Of a stretch of 64,000 bases of DNA, positions 25,567 to 38,726 are shown one piece after another (the stretch's first letter is position 1; every line of letters starts with the position of its first letter). The notes beneath the pieces are model-generated. The model worked only from the letters and a program-made list of their open reading frames with translations. It had not been told where the DNA came from and did not search any database. A program made the translations under genes and the position numbers. Source of the stretch: Bispira polyomma. Taxonomy: Eukaryota. The stretch lies in contig OZ287756.1 in the NCBI GenBank assembly GCA_965649765.1, positions 930,001 to 994,000 of the forward strand, read 5' to 3'.

Positions 25567-25868
25567 TGGGGAGAGGGGGGGTAACCAAGTTTATGTACAA
25601 GGAGGGAACAAATTGGGAGAGGGGGTAACCAAGTTTATGTACAAGGAGGGAGCAACGTGGGGAGGGGGGGGGGGGGGGTAACCAAGTTTATGTACAAGGT
25701 GGGAGCAAAGTGGGGAGGGGGGTAACCAAGTTTATGTACAAGGTGGGAACAAAGTGGGGAGGGGGGTAACCGAGTTTATGTACAAGGTGGGAACAAAGTG
25801 GGGAGGGGGGTAACCGAGTTTATGTACAAGGTGGGAACAAAGTGGGGAGGGGGGGGGGTAATCAAGTT
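25567..25868 (+). repeat. G-rich ~42-bp minisatellite, ~7 copies
   Basis: Unit ggggagggggg(n)taaccaagtttatgtacaaggtgggaacaaagt. Confidence 0.95.
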
Positions 25869-25869
25869 A

Positions 25870-26700
25870 GAAGAGATTTAAGTGTTCTCCTAAACCCGGA
25901 AAGCGTTTCTAAGTTAAACTGGTAGACTATTCCATAACACAGGGACAGTCATTGAGAAAGCTCTGTGCAGCCATCTTGGTTGGTTTACCGGGGAAACTGA
26001 AAGTTTTTTATTCTCTGGTGAGAATTTTAAAGGAAAGATAATTAGCAAAGTTGGACAATGTTGAGCAATGACAGTTTTGAAAGTTGTCTGATATGATTTT
26101 TTTAATAGAATTCGATAATGAATAAAGCCAATGTAATGTTTTGAGGAAGGGAGAGACATGATGTCAGTACATATGTCCATACGAACAATGACTCTACATA
26201 GATGTATTTAATGGATTATAATTTAGTAATGGCTTTTTAACCTCAAATAGAAGGGAATTGCAGTAGTCAAGGAGGTATCCAAGTGGCAAATGATTTCCGA
26301 TTCTTTTGGTATCATGTATCGGTAACTGTCTTTTTCTCCTAACCGCAGACACATATTTGAGGATGACCTCATTGATCATTCTACTAGAGGTTCTCTGTGT
26401 TCCTAAGTAAATGTGTGTCAGCTGTTTAGCCTCAATATTTGATGAAATATGGCCTGTAAAAGGAACTAGATTCAGAAAGGGATCATCTCTTTATCTGTGT
26501 AAATAAAATCAATACATTTCAATGTCTTGCACCAAGTACATCCCTCATCTTTAGCCAATTTCAGGGCCAACCATCGTTCCACCCACACTCAACCCAAACT
26601 CCTTTCACGGATGTAATTTCATCACCATAACAATTTGCAAGCATAATTTAGGAAATGGATGTCAACGCTTTTATGTGCTTCACTTCAATCTTTTACAGAG
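25870..26700 (-). mobile_element. Highly decayed L2/Crack-type LINE ORF2 3' fragment
   Basis: LDYCNSLLF and RAFS...PVLWNSLP motifs in broken frames. Confidence 0.75.
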
Positions 26701-27451
26701 AGGGATATTTAAATAATACTCTGGATAGACTGATTCAACTGGGCAAGAAATTATTTCTTTGATAACAAAATGTCCTGGCCACATTTTTGCTGTTTTAACT
26801 TAGACTGGCCAACTTTGTCAAACGTTTGTCAATTGAGTAAACAAAGACATCAGTAGAATTAAAACAACTAAATTAATCCATCCATACTGTAAAATTAGTT
26901 CTGATAATAAACTTTCTGAAATCTGCTTAAATATATACAAGTATAGGAAATTTCTCCTGGGATAAATTTGCTGCAATCTTAAGTGTTGAGTAAACGACAC
27001 TTATTACCTAATTTGTGTGCAGGTATTGGGTGCCATCCAACAGAATGTACCTTAAAACAAAAAAATCTTATTCAATGTATTTTGCATGTGGCAGTTAATA
27101 AATCAGCATTAAATGGCAAAAGAATGCAAAAAACAAAATATAACCATTGGGTCCGGATTTATTAGAAATGTTTAAAATGTGATTACTTTACCCTATTTTT
27201 CTACACATATATATAATTTTCAAATCAAGCTGTATACAATGCATACAATCTCAGATATTTCTTCAAACTGCATTATTTTTGGCCATTAAACCCCAAGTGT
27301 TATGAAGACATAAATGTATCAATCCCTAATACACACACATACACACTTTCTAAAAAGAAATAAATGAGCAGTTCAGATAGGTGACATTACATATCCACAT
27401 TAAATGTACAACACTATATAACTTCAAGTTCTAAATCTTTTGACTACTTTT

Positions 27452-27660
27452 AGGGGGCTGTATTCACTATAGGTCATGATCTTAAAAAACTATTTCAGAA
27501 TGCCTACAGTTAGTCTTATTGTTCATTATAAAGTTATAACAAACCAAGATGTGTTATTACTGTCACTGGGGCTAAGATTTAAATCTGAACCATTTCGGCC
27601 AAAATCAAAGACTAAACTCTCAAGCTGGAAATATCCCAGGTATTTCGGCCTAGGAGAATA
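27452..27660. mobile_element. MITE remnant related to 62980-63462
   Basis: GGGCTGTATTC end; internal gggctaagatttaaatct...ggccaaaatc is the reverse complement of ~63292-63325. Confidence 0.55.
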
Positions 27661-27669
27661 CAATTAAGA

Positions 27670-27745
27670 ATTATTATTATTATTATTATGGATTTTTAAC
27701 GCGCTTTATTGATGCCAGGCATCTTCTAAAGCGCAACAGCAGAAT
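27670..27745 (-). mobile_element. LINE 3' tail (stem-loop plus (TAA)n)
   Basis: Reverse complement ttgcgctttagaa...aaagcgcgttaaaaa + (taa)n; same design as the tails at 47100-47173, 38195-38283 and 58130-58195. Confidence 0.55.
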
Positions 27746-29499
27746 CAGTGATCCAATCGTAAAGTCCATGGGCATAACAAGGAATAGTTAAAATGAGTTA
27801 TTAAATATTTAATGGCTAGCTGACTTCTGCTGACGTGGAAAATAAAATTGTGAAGCTTGATGCTGTTTACTAAATGTAATGGTTTCTCTATATTGTGCAT
27901 AACAGTCCTAATATTGAGTTTTTTGCTGCTAACAGGATGTATGAGTCCGTTATGATATCCAGCCTAGAATATACCTCCATATGTTTACTTTATGAGACAA
28001 TCGTGACCACTCAGAATCACAAAGTCCTCCTATAAGACGTGGAGATAAATATCCATTCTAAGGAAATTACCTCAACAAGAGATTAACTTTTCGCAAGGTG
28101 TCATTCATTTGTTCGGATTTAGACAAAAAAGACTAATCAGATTGCACAAACATTGAGGAGAGCAGGGACATGAAGCAAAACTTCTTACATTTTAGAGGGG
28201 TGCATAACCGAGGAGAAGGGCGGATTAAGAATCTTTCTTCCACTGATTTGGCACTGTGATGCCTTGGTGTATGTATGTGGTTTACTGAGTGTCCTAGTTT
28301 TGAATTGATAATCATGTATGTTCTGTCTAAATGCGCACACTTGTGGCGAGTGAGAAATGTTGTACTAAATATAGTTACGAATTAATCAGTTATTCAAGCA
28401 AACCCCACTTCCGGACACTGTTTTCCTGACTATAGTCTCTAAATACTTGCACTGAAAATATTGAACGGAACCTCAATAATGCATTAAATTTGAGGTAGCA
28501 TACAGTTTACTTTGTGGACAGTATGGGTAAGTAAATCACCTGACCAAAACGATGGCACTTAATATGGCCACAATGTACCATTTTGGCCACCAATGTATCA
28601 TTTTAAGTTTTTTTATATGTAAACCTGTTTTAAGGGAAAAACGTATTTGAAGTTACTTTATTGACAAAAGGGCTAAATCAAGACTTTGTCTTAAATCTAG
28701 TGTAGGACAATGTCTAGACTTAGCCCTTTTGTGAAGACCACCCCAGCTATCTAGTGTTCATTGACATAAATTTTCTTAGTTCCTTTTTACCTTTCTTACC
28801 ATAGACAAAGGTGATAGTAGTGTTTTCATCATGATTGAGAATGTGTGGGGAAATTGGATTTGTCACTAGACTATAGCCCTTACATTTGTTTCGAAGTTTA
28901 TGGGACCTTCTAAGCAAGCCTGGAACCTTGTTCCCTCCACACCATAGACGAATTACAATAACTGTGACAAAAGGTTTGTGACTAACCCTTTTATTTATCC
29001 TGGTGAACAAAATTAATACTTTAAACTTTGAGTACTGCAGGTTTATTCTGTTTTTTGTGTCGCCTATTGTCAAGATTTTTCCAAAGGTTGTCATTTTATG
29101 AATATTTTGGAGTCTGGAATGGATAAAAACTGTGAAATTCATATTGTAGATAAATTTGCTACAATTTACTTATTCAAATTGCCAATCTCTCAACAATTAA
29201 AAGAAGAATCTCTAAAATAGGCCTTTAGTTGAAAATAAACTAAGATTTTAGGAAATTTGCATTTTATTTTAACTGTGTGTATTGTTTTAACCCAAATTTA
29301 TTCCAAGTACACAAAATATCCTGCCTTTGAAGTACAAAATAAGAAATGCCTCATTGTTTGTAACATCTCAACAACAATGTAAATCATGAAAATGGCTGTC
29401 ACCAAAAATCAGTGATTTGATAGTAAAGATAAATACTCTACCCTGGTAGAGTCCTGTACTACTCTCATTAATGCCAACTGTACAACATTTAACAAGTAG

Positions 29500-29720
29500 C
29501 CACAGCAAGGCCTCAGTGATGTGGTGGTAACGCACTCGCCTCTCACCTTTACCATGGCTTCCAATCTTGGTTCTGGAGATACATCTCAAAGTTCAGAGTA
29601 GTCATACGGAGGGCCAGTAGTTTGCTAAGTAGCAAACCCTGATTTTCTCCACCAGTGAACTGCCAGTGTTGATAGCCAAATAATCTAATGTAAAGAGTAA
29701 CCACGGCATTATAACCTTGG
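29500..29720 (+). mobile_element. Degenerate tRNA-derived SINE
   Basis: A-box-like gtgatgtggtggtaacgcactcgcctctcacc and a V-like gattttctccacc segment. Confidence 0.45.
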
Positions 29721-30107
29721 TCAGGTTATGTGCTATATTTACTGGTTTCATATTTAGAGGATTAACAATGGTACAAACTGTACATGCATTTACATAACAC
29801 TACTGTATTTTATGTCCACTCCACTAACTGTTAACCACTTTACAAAGTCACTGCCATAAAACACTCCTGACACTTTAAGCTGTCTATGAAGTATATGATC
29901 ACATCGATACACATGCTCTTATCTCTCAGCCATGTTATATATAATGGCACGAAGACTTTCCTTAGTATATCAGGTCAAGATTTCTAGACACACAAATATC
30001 CCCTACATATACAAAATCTAAAATCAAGTTATTCATCACTAATCTTACTGAATATCTCAAATATGCTAATACTGGGACACACCTAACAAGATATCCAGGA
30101 TTGAACT

Positions 30108-31191
30108 ATGTCTGAATGTCTCAGGAAAATTATATGCTTCATACACCTAACTAGCATAATATTATACAGAGTGTTGAGTGCTGAAGGCAAATACTTGATC
30201 ATGTTCAGAAATACCCTACCGAGTACTGGTGAAGGGCTGGGGAAATCTGATAATGGATTACTACGGGATATAGACAACATCTCAGTAATACACACTTACC
30301 AGATTGGACAGTCGGTGACATTTCTTATAGAAAATAGTGGCGATGACATGGGTTCAATCCTAGAAAACCTTATAAACAAGGTTTATGTTGAAAAAGATTT
30401 ACAGATTGAGAAGTTTGACAGTTGTACAGATTACCCAGAATGCACCACTCAGTCTGTAGGTGACTACCTCTGGGGTTTGGGAAGGATCTCACACAGAGAG
30501 CCCAATACACAGAATGCACACACACAATACACCTACAATGTGTCTGAGAGTGTAGATGATGTGCACGTGTACATTATGGACACTGGTATATTCACAGAAC
30601 ATGAAGATTTTGAGGGCAGAGCGAGCTGGGTATTTACTGCATCCGGCATCCAAGAGGAAGGGGATCAGGATCTCAATGGGCATGGAACCCATGTGGCGGC
30701 GACAATAGGCGGGCGAATCCACGGTGTAGCCAAGACAGCACGTCTTTATGCAGTCAAAGTACTGGATCAATATGGAGTTGGCTCTATATCCGGAATGCTG
30801 GAATCAATAGAGTTTATTACAAACCAGTTTCAAGCCGAGTATGAGAGACTCGGTGAAAGGCCTAAGTATATTGTTAATTTGTCACTTGGGATGAAAGGTA
30901 AGTCCCAGATCTTAGAGAGTATAGTCCAAGAATCCATCGATCTCGGTATTGTGTATGTGGTGGCAGCAGGAAATGACAACCAAGATGCCTGTTCATGGAC
31001 ACCAGCAGGAATCAGTGATGTCATCACTGTGGGAGCTGTAGATCAGTCTGACGTCATGGCAGACTTCTCTAACTATGGACCTTGTGTAGATATCCTAGCT
31101 CCAGGTGTAGCAATCAACTCAGCCTGGATTGGAGGAGAGTTTAGTACCCTGGCAATCCAAGGCACTTCATCTGCAGCACCTCATGTCACAG
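30108..31191 (+). CDS. Subtilisin-like serine protease (S8A, proteinase K/PCSK9 type), exon 1
   Basis: Signal peptide, I9-like propeptide, catalytic D (MDTGI), H (NGHGTHVA), oxyanion N (AAGND) and S (GTSSAAPHV); donor ACAG|gtaagg. Confidence 0.95.
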
Positions 31192-31620
31192 GTAAGGAAT
31201 TCCAGGACATATACCTGGCTAACATAATAGGTATGATCGGATAGATACCTTGGGATCTGGGGCATGCCATCTGCAGTACGTCATGTCACATGTAAGCGAG
31301 TGAGTAGGACATAACAGATACCTTGGGATCTGGGGCACGCCATTTGCAGTACATCATGTCACAGGTAAGAGAGTGAGTATGACATAACAGATACCAGGGA
31401 ATCCAGGGCACTTCATCTGCAGCACCTCATGCCTCAGGTAATGAGTTCCAGGACAGATACCTGGTGATCTAGAGCATGCCATCTGCAGTTCTTCATGTCA
31501 CAGGTAAGAGAGTGAGTATGACATAACAGATACCTTTGAATCTAGGGCACGCCATCTGCAGTACATCATGTCACAGGTAAGAGAATGAGTGTGACATAAC
31601 AGATACCTGGGAATCCAGAT
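31192..31620 (+). repeat. Tandem copies of the exon-1 3' end plus splice donor (~65-100-bp units, 5 extra copies)
   Basis: ggcac..catctgcag.ac.tcatgtcacag|gtaag repeated. Confidence 0.9.
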
Positions 31621-32691
31621 TCTATTTCTTGAGTATTCCTTTAAAATGTATTGATATCTAAAGTAAGATTGTGAGTAGTTTTTTGAACAAGGGCTTAATT
31701 TGTAATCAAAGTTTGAATCAAGACAGTACACCTATTTATCCTAATAACATTACTGCAGTTTCAAAGTAATGAACTATTGAACTAATATTGTTGTAGATTG
31801 CCTATTGCAACTTTTACAACTAAAATGGTTTCCACAAAAGATCCTATTTGTTTGATAATAATCTTCTTACATATTAAAAAATCATTTCTACAAAAAGTAG
31901 TGGATATTCAAACAAAATGTATTATATTGTCTATTTCGTAGAAATATATTCACTGTCATTCCCAAGTGAATACTCATTATCTTTGTTAACCTGGTTTCGC
32001 ATGCACAATTTAACATTTTAACGATTTCAAACATTTTGGGAACAACACATACCTACTGTCATAATGATGTTTTGCAAAAAAAATGTTTATATATTCATGA
32101 AATTTGCCGAAAATTATGCAGTAAAATACAACCTTCATTGTTATGATGATTATAAACAAATGTCGTTTGTAAAAGTACTGTTTAAGGTAATAATTTATAA
32201 AGTCGTGAGCAAAAATATAAGATACTGCCAGCCAACAATTTGAGCACTTGTGATTGTATTTAACTAGATGGCGGCATTCAGCTAAAATTAGTAAGTAAAA
32301 TAGTACATAAACAAAAGTAATAATGGATACCCATATTTAAAGTTAAATATCTCAGGCATTTCTGTACGGATTTTGATGCAACAAGTTTTATATGTCAACA
32401 TGTATTTTAATATATATTTTTTTATTTAATTAAGAACTAATGATAATAAAATGTAGTATCTAGTATCGCTGAACTTCTAATTATCGATCATGTAAGCTTT
32501 GCCTTTTTATAGTTTCACTCCCAGTGATTGATAATAGGAGGTTTAACGATACAGATACTGTTTGAGAGCAAACCAGGTATGCCGCTCTAATGTTCAGCGT
32601 CCATCTTGTGTTACTGCTCATCCACTTATATGAAGTCTATATGAATACATATGCACTTGATGACACCTGCACCTCTCTCTCATCTTTCTAG

Positions 32692-33026
32692 GTGTCTTAG
32701 TCCGCCTGATGAGCAGTCAACATCACTCTAATGTCACTTGTTACTCTAGTCTGGTGAAGGAACTATCCACTCCCAACCTGGTAGAGATTCCAGGTGACAA
32801 GTTACTGACACCAAACTGGCTGGTCTATGTGGGATGTAATGCAGATCCCTATGCCGGTCGGTGCCTGGAGGAGCCAGTCTGGAGAGAGAGTTCTGAGGAC
32901 TCTACAAGGGTATATATGTATTCAGGTGTTGTTGCTGGGATTGTTGTCATCATCACAGTGGTGTGTATTGTGAGGGCAAGGATACAACACCGTAAGAAAG
33001 TAATGGCCGCCGAAATCACAGTTTAA
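32692..33026 (+). CDS. Subtilase exon 2: end of catalytic domain, TM anchor, short basic tail
   Basis: Acceptor ctctcatctttctag, phase 1, giving ...PHVTG-VLVRLMS...TPNWLVY...; hydrophobic GVVAGIVVIITVVCIV followed by RARIQHRKK. Confidence 0.9.
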
Positions 33027-35278
33027 ACCTAGTCTCTTTATTGGTATTTATATTGTACAATAAGAAATATATATATATGTACACAAATACATCACCATTT
33101 CGTCTTTTATTGAGTACATGAATGATGTAGGCCTATTTGATTATCCTAACTTTATCTAAAACGCCAGATTCATTGTTACTTTACCAAACTTAGTTATTCA
33201 TTTTACAAAAAAAATTATCATTTACATTCACTTCATATTTTGACTCTGAGATATCGTACTTCTAGCATATGTAGTTAATATCAGTACACATAACAGATCC
33301 ACTACCACTTAAGGCAAGATGGCCACACATTGTAACAAGCACGTTCTCGCTACATAAAATGTTTTAAAACATTTTTGTAGTTAAAGCTGAAATAGAATGT
33401 CTTCAACAATTGCATGTAAATATCTACTATGTGTTGTGTAGGGTACATCTGACAGATTACAAATACATTCTCTCCAAGTGATAATCAAATCTACTGATGT
33501 AATTCTCTGACATATTCCACAGAACACACCCGTATAGGGCCATACAATAACTTTTAAACAATTGATACTTCACTTTATTATCACAAAAACAAGACGTAGG
33601 AAATATAAATTACCAATAAATAAACTAAACTAAATTTATCGATCATTAGGTCACTGGCATTCATAACGAAACACTTTCTAAAATGATTTTCTAAAGTCAC
33701 ATTAGTTAATATAGTACCATCAAAACAAAACATTGTTTACTTTATCATTACTTCGGTAAACTACCATCAGAGTCTTTGTTAAATTAAATTTAATACTGAA
33801 TTTCTTGCTTTATACTTCCAAACTAGCGGCCATTAAAAGTACACCATGCACATTACCAAATAAACCTGCAAATAAATCACCAACAAAATCAGCCTAATTT
33901 GAATTTGTTTAATTTTAAACAAAACATCGACAAACATAGAAAACAGAATATTGGAGAAATAATACCCCATTGATTTACTCCATTTGCCATCCTAAATGTT
34001 TCAGATATGATTGATGAGTACTTTAATTGTAACAATTATAATACATATTCCATATATATTGCATGTGGACATAGATATGTGTTTAATTTATATATTGTCC
34101 TCCATCAAAGCCTCCAGTGGCTGGATAACCACTACACATGGACCTGTTCTACTGTTAGATTGCCATATTTGTATAAAATTACATTGGAAAAGTGTCATAG
34201 TTCCTGTCTCACTGTAAATTCTCAGAAGACAGCTGTATCTTTATCCTATATCTATCCAATTGCACTCAAGTGAATTGTGCTTTTGACATTGTTCATTAAA
34301 AGCATGTGTTAACAAGTAACAATATGACTTCAACACTAACGCCCCAAAAAGATATTGCTAAATAGAAACAATACTAAATGTATTTTGGGTTTTTGTGACA
34401 ACTTGATACCAAGTTAGTAATAAACCAGACTTAAAGCAACCTGCAAACAAACGGATATAAGAACAATACATGCATGTAAGCATCAATCAGTAGGAAACAA
34501 AAGTAACTGTCACATAATTTTTTTGGCAAAACACTAGTGCTGTACCACTAGAGTTTAATTGTTTTGTACATATTTTACATTGACATTACTAAAACTTGAA
34601 GTATCTGTAATTTATTATTGTAAAGACGATTTACATATTTTACTAGTGATTAATGAGAATAATAAAATATAAAACATATTCATTTAAAAAGCTTATTGAG
34701 AAATGCATTTACCTGAGATTAGAGCAGTCAAAAATATATTGGCATATACAATATATATAATTGTTTATGTTGATGAGTGCCCTAAAAAGGCCTTTTCTCC
34801 AATATGTTCATGGGTAATTGAGAACAAATATCTGGTGTACTACTATATTTTATCAAATAACTATCAATTCCCAAATACATATGTTGAGATGAATATAAAT
34901 ACTAGATGAAAGCCTTGTTAGGGATGAAGTGATATCAGCACCTTTTGACAAATAGGAAGAGACTTAAAATATGTTAAACATAAACATATTTCTTTAATAC
35001 AGAAGGATTCTAAATATGGACGGCTGGTCAGATTATGGTTGAAAATGTGTACTTTTAAGAGACGCACAATCTTATTATTTATCACTGCTTCATAATTTAT
35101 GTTAATTTTGTTTAATAGAAAAACCACCTTTTTCTCAAACAAGACGCAAAATAAAATGAAAATATGACAACACTGATATGTCTAAATTTTTATAAATAAT
35201 GAAAAAAAATGCGGGGCATAACATTATTTATAACAATGTATGAGATGCCAGTATCGTGTGTTATACACGTCAGGGTTC

Positions 35279-35903
35279 CTACACAAAACCTTTATTCTCA
35301 TTGCCTGCAAGCATATCATCACTGTTGGCCTTTGGGTTATTTTCGGATGACATTATAACACCATTGGTAAGTGTCCCTTTTGACTCAAGTTTAGATTGAG
35401 TTCTATCCAATCCAAATACAACACGACTATCATCAGTTTCAGAACAAATTGACTCAAGTATATAACTATTGTTGTGGCTTTGTTTGCTGACTGATCCAAG
35501 TCTAATGCCATTGTTTTCACTGTGTTCACTAACTGATCCAGGAACAATACCACTGTTTTCCCTTTGTTGACTAATTGGTCCCAATGTAAAGCTATTGTTT
35601 TCATACTGTGTGCTGCCTGATTCCAATGTAATTTCATTATGTTCACATAATGCACTGATTGAGTCCATCATAATGCCATTGGTTTCACTTCCATCAGTAC
35701 TACCAGCACCCTGTGATGTCACACTAAAATCGATCTCTGTGTCATTATAATTACCACCTGACTTGGGGTCATTGCCTTGACCTGGGGTAGAGTTTATTTC
35801 ATAGGCTACAGTCTCTGAACTGTCTGCATGAGAACACTTAGAACCCACCTCAATGGTGATGTTGTCACTACTGTGTCTGGAGAAGTTGACCTGCATGTCC
35901 ATG
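35279..35903 (-). CDS. amt: Ammonium transporter, last coding exon (disordered tail)
   Basis: Acceptor cccttacag, phase 2, in frame with exon 36435-36567; ends ENKGFV*. Confidence 0.8.
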
Positions 35904-36434
35904 CTGTAAGGGTATAGAATATAATGTGAATTATAATACCTGAGATTTAACTGGAAGTTTAATATAATTGACATTTTCACACGTCATATTGTTCACCCGA
36001 AGCCCAATTATAAATTTATGTTTTAAATGTATGTATTTAAACCGTTAAAGATAGACTTGTTGCAGAGATCTCCCCAACTGCAATAATTATTTTATTTATA
36101 CCTAATTACCTCAGAAATGTTTGGTAAGGAGTGATGTACTCAGGTAAAATCCTATTAATATTGTGTTGTTTGTAATTTTAACACAAGTGAATACTTTGAA
36201 TGTAGTCTACAACATTACGTAAAATCCTTTTTGGTGTGTCTAGTATAAACTGTAAGTTTACTTGCCATTTTCCTTCACTTCCTAATTTTCCATGACACAT
36301 TACAGTATTGGTAGTGTATTCCCTATCCATAGCTTTAGTTCACACATTTTTCTACCACCCTTTCATACTCTTTGTCCTTACCCAATGCTGTAGTGTCTTA
36401 TGATCTTACATCTTACAGTATTATATTATCTTAC

Positions 36435-36567
36435 CTATCACACAATGTTAAGAATCCTGCCATCAAGTCTTTGGCTTTTTGTGCAGAGTGTTCACTCTCT
36501 GATCCTTGTCCCTCATTGGAATCTTGTGGCTCTGTGACACTTTCACCTAACTGCTGGATGTGGTTTC
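36435..36567 (-). CDS. amt: Ammonium transporter exon (tail)
   Basis: cag...gtaag boundaries; open frame NHIQQLGES...LTLCD; phases 1/2 match the neighbouring exons. Confidence 0.8.
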
Positions 36568-36789
36568 CTGTAATGAGCATCAATTGTCAGTAAAAAATGG
36601 GTTTGTGTATCGTGGATTTACATTTTAGAAGCCATTTAGACTACTGTAACTCTCAATTTACTGTTATATCTGACCCTGAGTTGAATTCCCTCACGTTTTT
36701 TTCTAACTGTACAGTACCACCACCAGTAAAAACTCCATTGACTCCCAATTAAATTAAGAATTCAATTCAAACTGGCCTGGTTACATACA

Positions 36790-37100
36790 TAGCTCTTACA
36801 TATAGTCAACCAGTCTATCTTCAGAATACCCTTATACATCTGCCAGAAACATCGCTTGTCCAATGCACATATTTCTTCAGGATCCTAAGTCTGATATAAC
36901 CATCCACAAGTCTGGAATTATTTACCTGTACATATTGGATTCAGTCCCTCTTTTACCTTCTATTTCCATTAGCATACGCTAATTAAAACCTCAGAGTCAT
37001 CATCCACCGTCACATATCCCTGGCTTACTGACCCTATATATCTGTCAATTTTTCAGGGCCATAACAGCAAAGCCTTAGAGTCGTTTATAAGCAATCGTTT
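36790..37100 (+). mobile_element. Very decayed L2/Crack 3' end
   Basis: Resembles 46760-47140 (atccacaagtct..., gccttagag tail). Confidence 0.4.
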
Positions 37101-37330
37101 ATGATTTATTAGCAACAATTTTAGTACAATTGAGTCAAGGGTCTTCACCCTAATACAGGAGATAAGCCCCAGCATGTGATGTGTTCATCAAAATCACCTT
37201 ATGTTACCCACTGGATTAGTGATATATCATATTGCTTCTATGAGGGTGTATCTTAGTGTATTTTATGAGGGTATAAGTAGAAGGACATGGTTTAAGTCAA
37301 TCCTAAATACTATATATATAGATGACCTAC

Positions 37331-37478
37331 TCTGTGTGTCTGTGCTCCTATTATGTATGTTCTCCATATGTAGCACATCCATGTCCAATAGGTTGTGATG
37401 ACTACCATGCTCCACCATGTCAACTCCTAGATCTTCATCTTCTGAAGACAGACGCAGTCCGATAGTGAGGTCAATTAG
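37331..37478 (-). CDS. amt: Ammonium transporter exon (conserved C-terminal region)
   Basis: LIDLTIGLRLSSEDEDLGVDMVEHG matches the Amt LR...EE..G.D..EH motif. Confidence 0.92.
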
Positions 37479-37892
37479 CTAAAACAGTCATAGAATCCAC
37501 TAACACAGACTGCACACAGGTTGCACTCATTCAAAAATGTAGTATATTAGTTACTTACAAGTTTAGGTTCTTATAGATATTATGTACGATATATTGTAAA
37601 GAATGTAAAGTCGAAATTAAATTTGTCTCAAATTGTAAATGTTATTCTGGATTTTCAGTCGAGTATTGTAGATGTCATTGGAAAGTTATTGGTGAAAACT
37701 TTCTATTCGAGTGAGTATTGTGTTAATACAAGCTATATGTAAGGAATTGTCAAGCATCAACAAAAATGTCAAACTGTGATGCTGTGAATGTGCAAATAAC
37801 ATTGCATAAAACTGGTGTATTGCAAGTGTCTGCCTGCCTTCAGAGTCTTTCAAACGTCAATTGACAAATACAAAAAATTGTAAAGCAACCTG

Positions 37893-38557
37893 GGCCCTGT
37901 AAATCAAAACCTTCGTTAAAATGTCAACTAACGAATGTGTAGCGACAAAACTACCAGACAGAAGCTAAACAACTCTGTGGGTAAATGTAAACTACTGGTT
38001 AAGTTTTTGTTAGTTAATCCCAAATGAAGGTCTAACTAATGTGGTTATATAATATCATAGGATATGGTTAGAGTATAAATGTAGAGTTATGCCTATTTTA
38101 ACAAAAACCAAGACTTTAGATGTCTGACACAGAGTTATTGATCTATTTAGTACATCAAGAAGTTAGAAGTATCATACATTTAGCACTTTAACATATAATA
38201 ATAATATATCAGACTTTTTTAGCGCTTATTTTCGTTGTAACGAATTCTAAGGTGGAAAATTCGCACAAATTCTAAGGCGTATACGTAAAACACAATGTAC
38301 TCATCCACATCGCTTAACAAATCCTATCACAGATATCATGACAAATATGTACAAGTGCATTGACTAATCAAGTGGCGAAGAAAACAATATTCATATCAAT
38401 TTTTTATGGGCTAAATTGGACATAAAAGCCAATTATTAATTAATAATTACCATTTCCTTGTTCTTTTGAAGTTTTTACTGTTGTTGTCATTGATTTATTG
38501 TTGAATAAATGGTTTAACTAAAACCTAATGACAGGGTCTGAGTTGATTTACAGGCCC
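37893..38557 (+). mobile_element. MITE (PIF/Harbinger-like, CWG flanks), copy 1
   Basis: TIRs GG(C/G)CCTGTAAAT; CTG on both sides; inverted sister copy at 40175-40871; contains a LINE tail near 38195-38283. Confidence 0.8.
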
Positions 38558-38726
38558 CTGGTTATCAGCTGGCTGAAAATTTTGACTCCAGTTGTTCGTC
38601 ATTTTGGATAACCTATAAATCAGTGGCAGTATTTTGCTGGTAGTTTATATTTGGTGTTGCAAAATTTGATTAGGCATTAGGTTTACCTGATGTCTGTGTT
38701 TATGTAAAAACTCTATATACAAATAT

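Noticed and set aside
31192-31244. 378-aa ORF end as the real subtilase C-terminus
   Set aside because: Read-through past a consensus donor; the fold is completed by exon 32692-33026.
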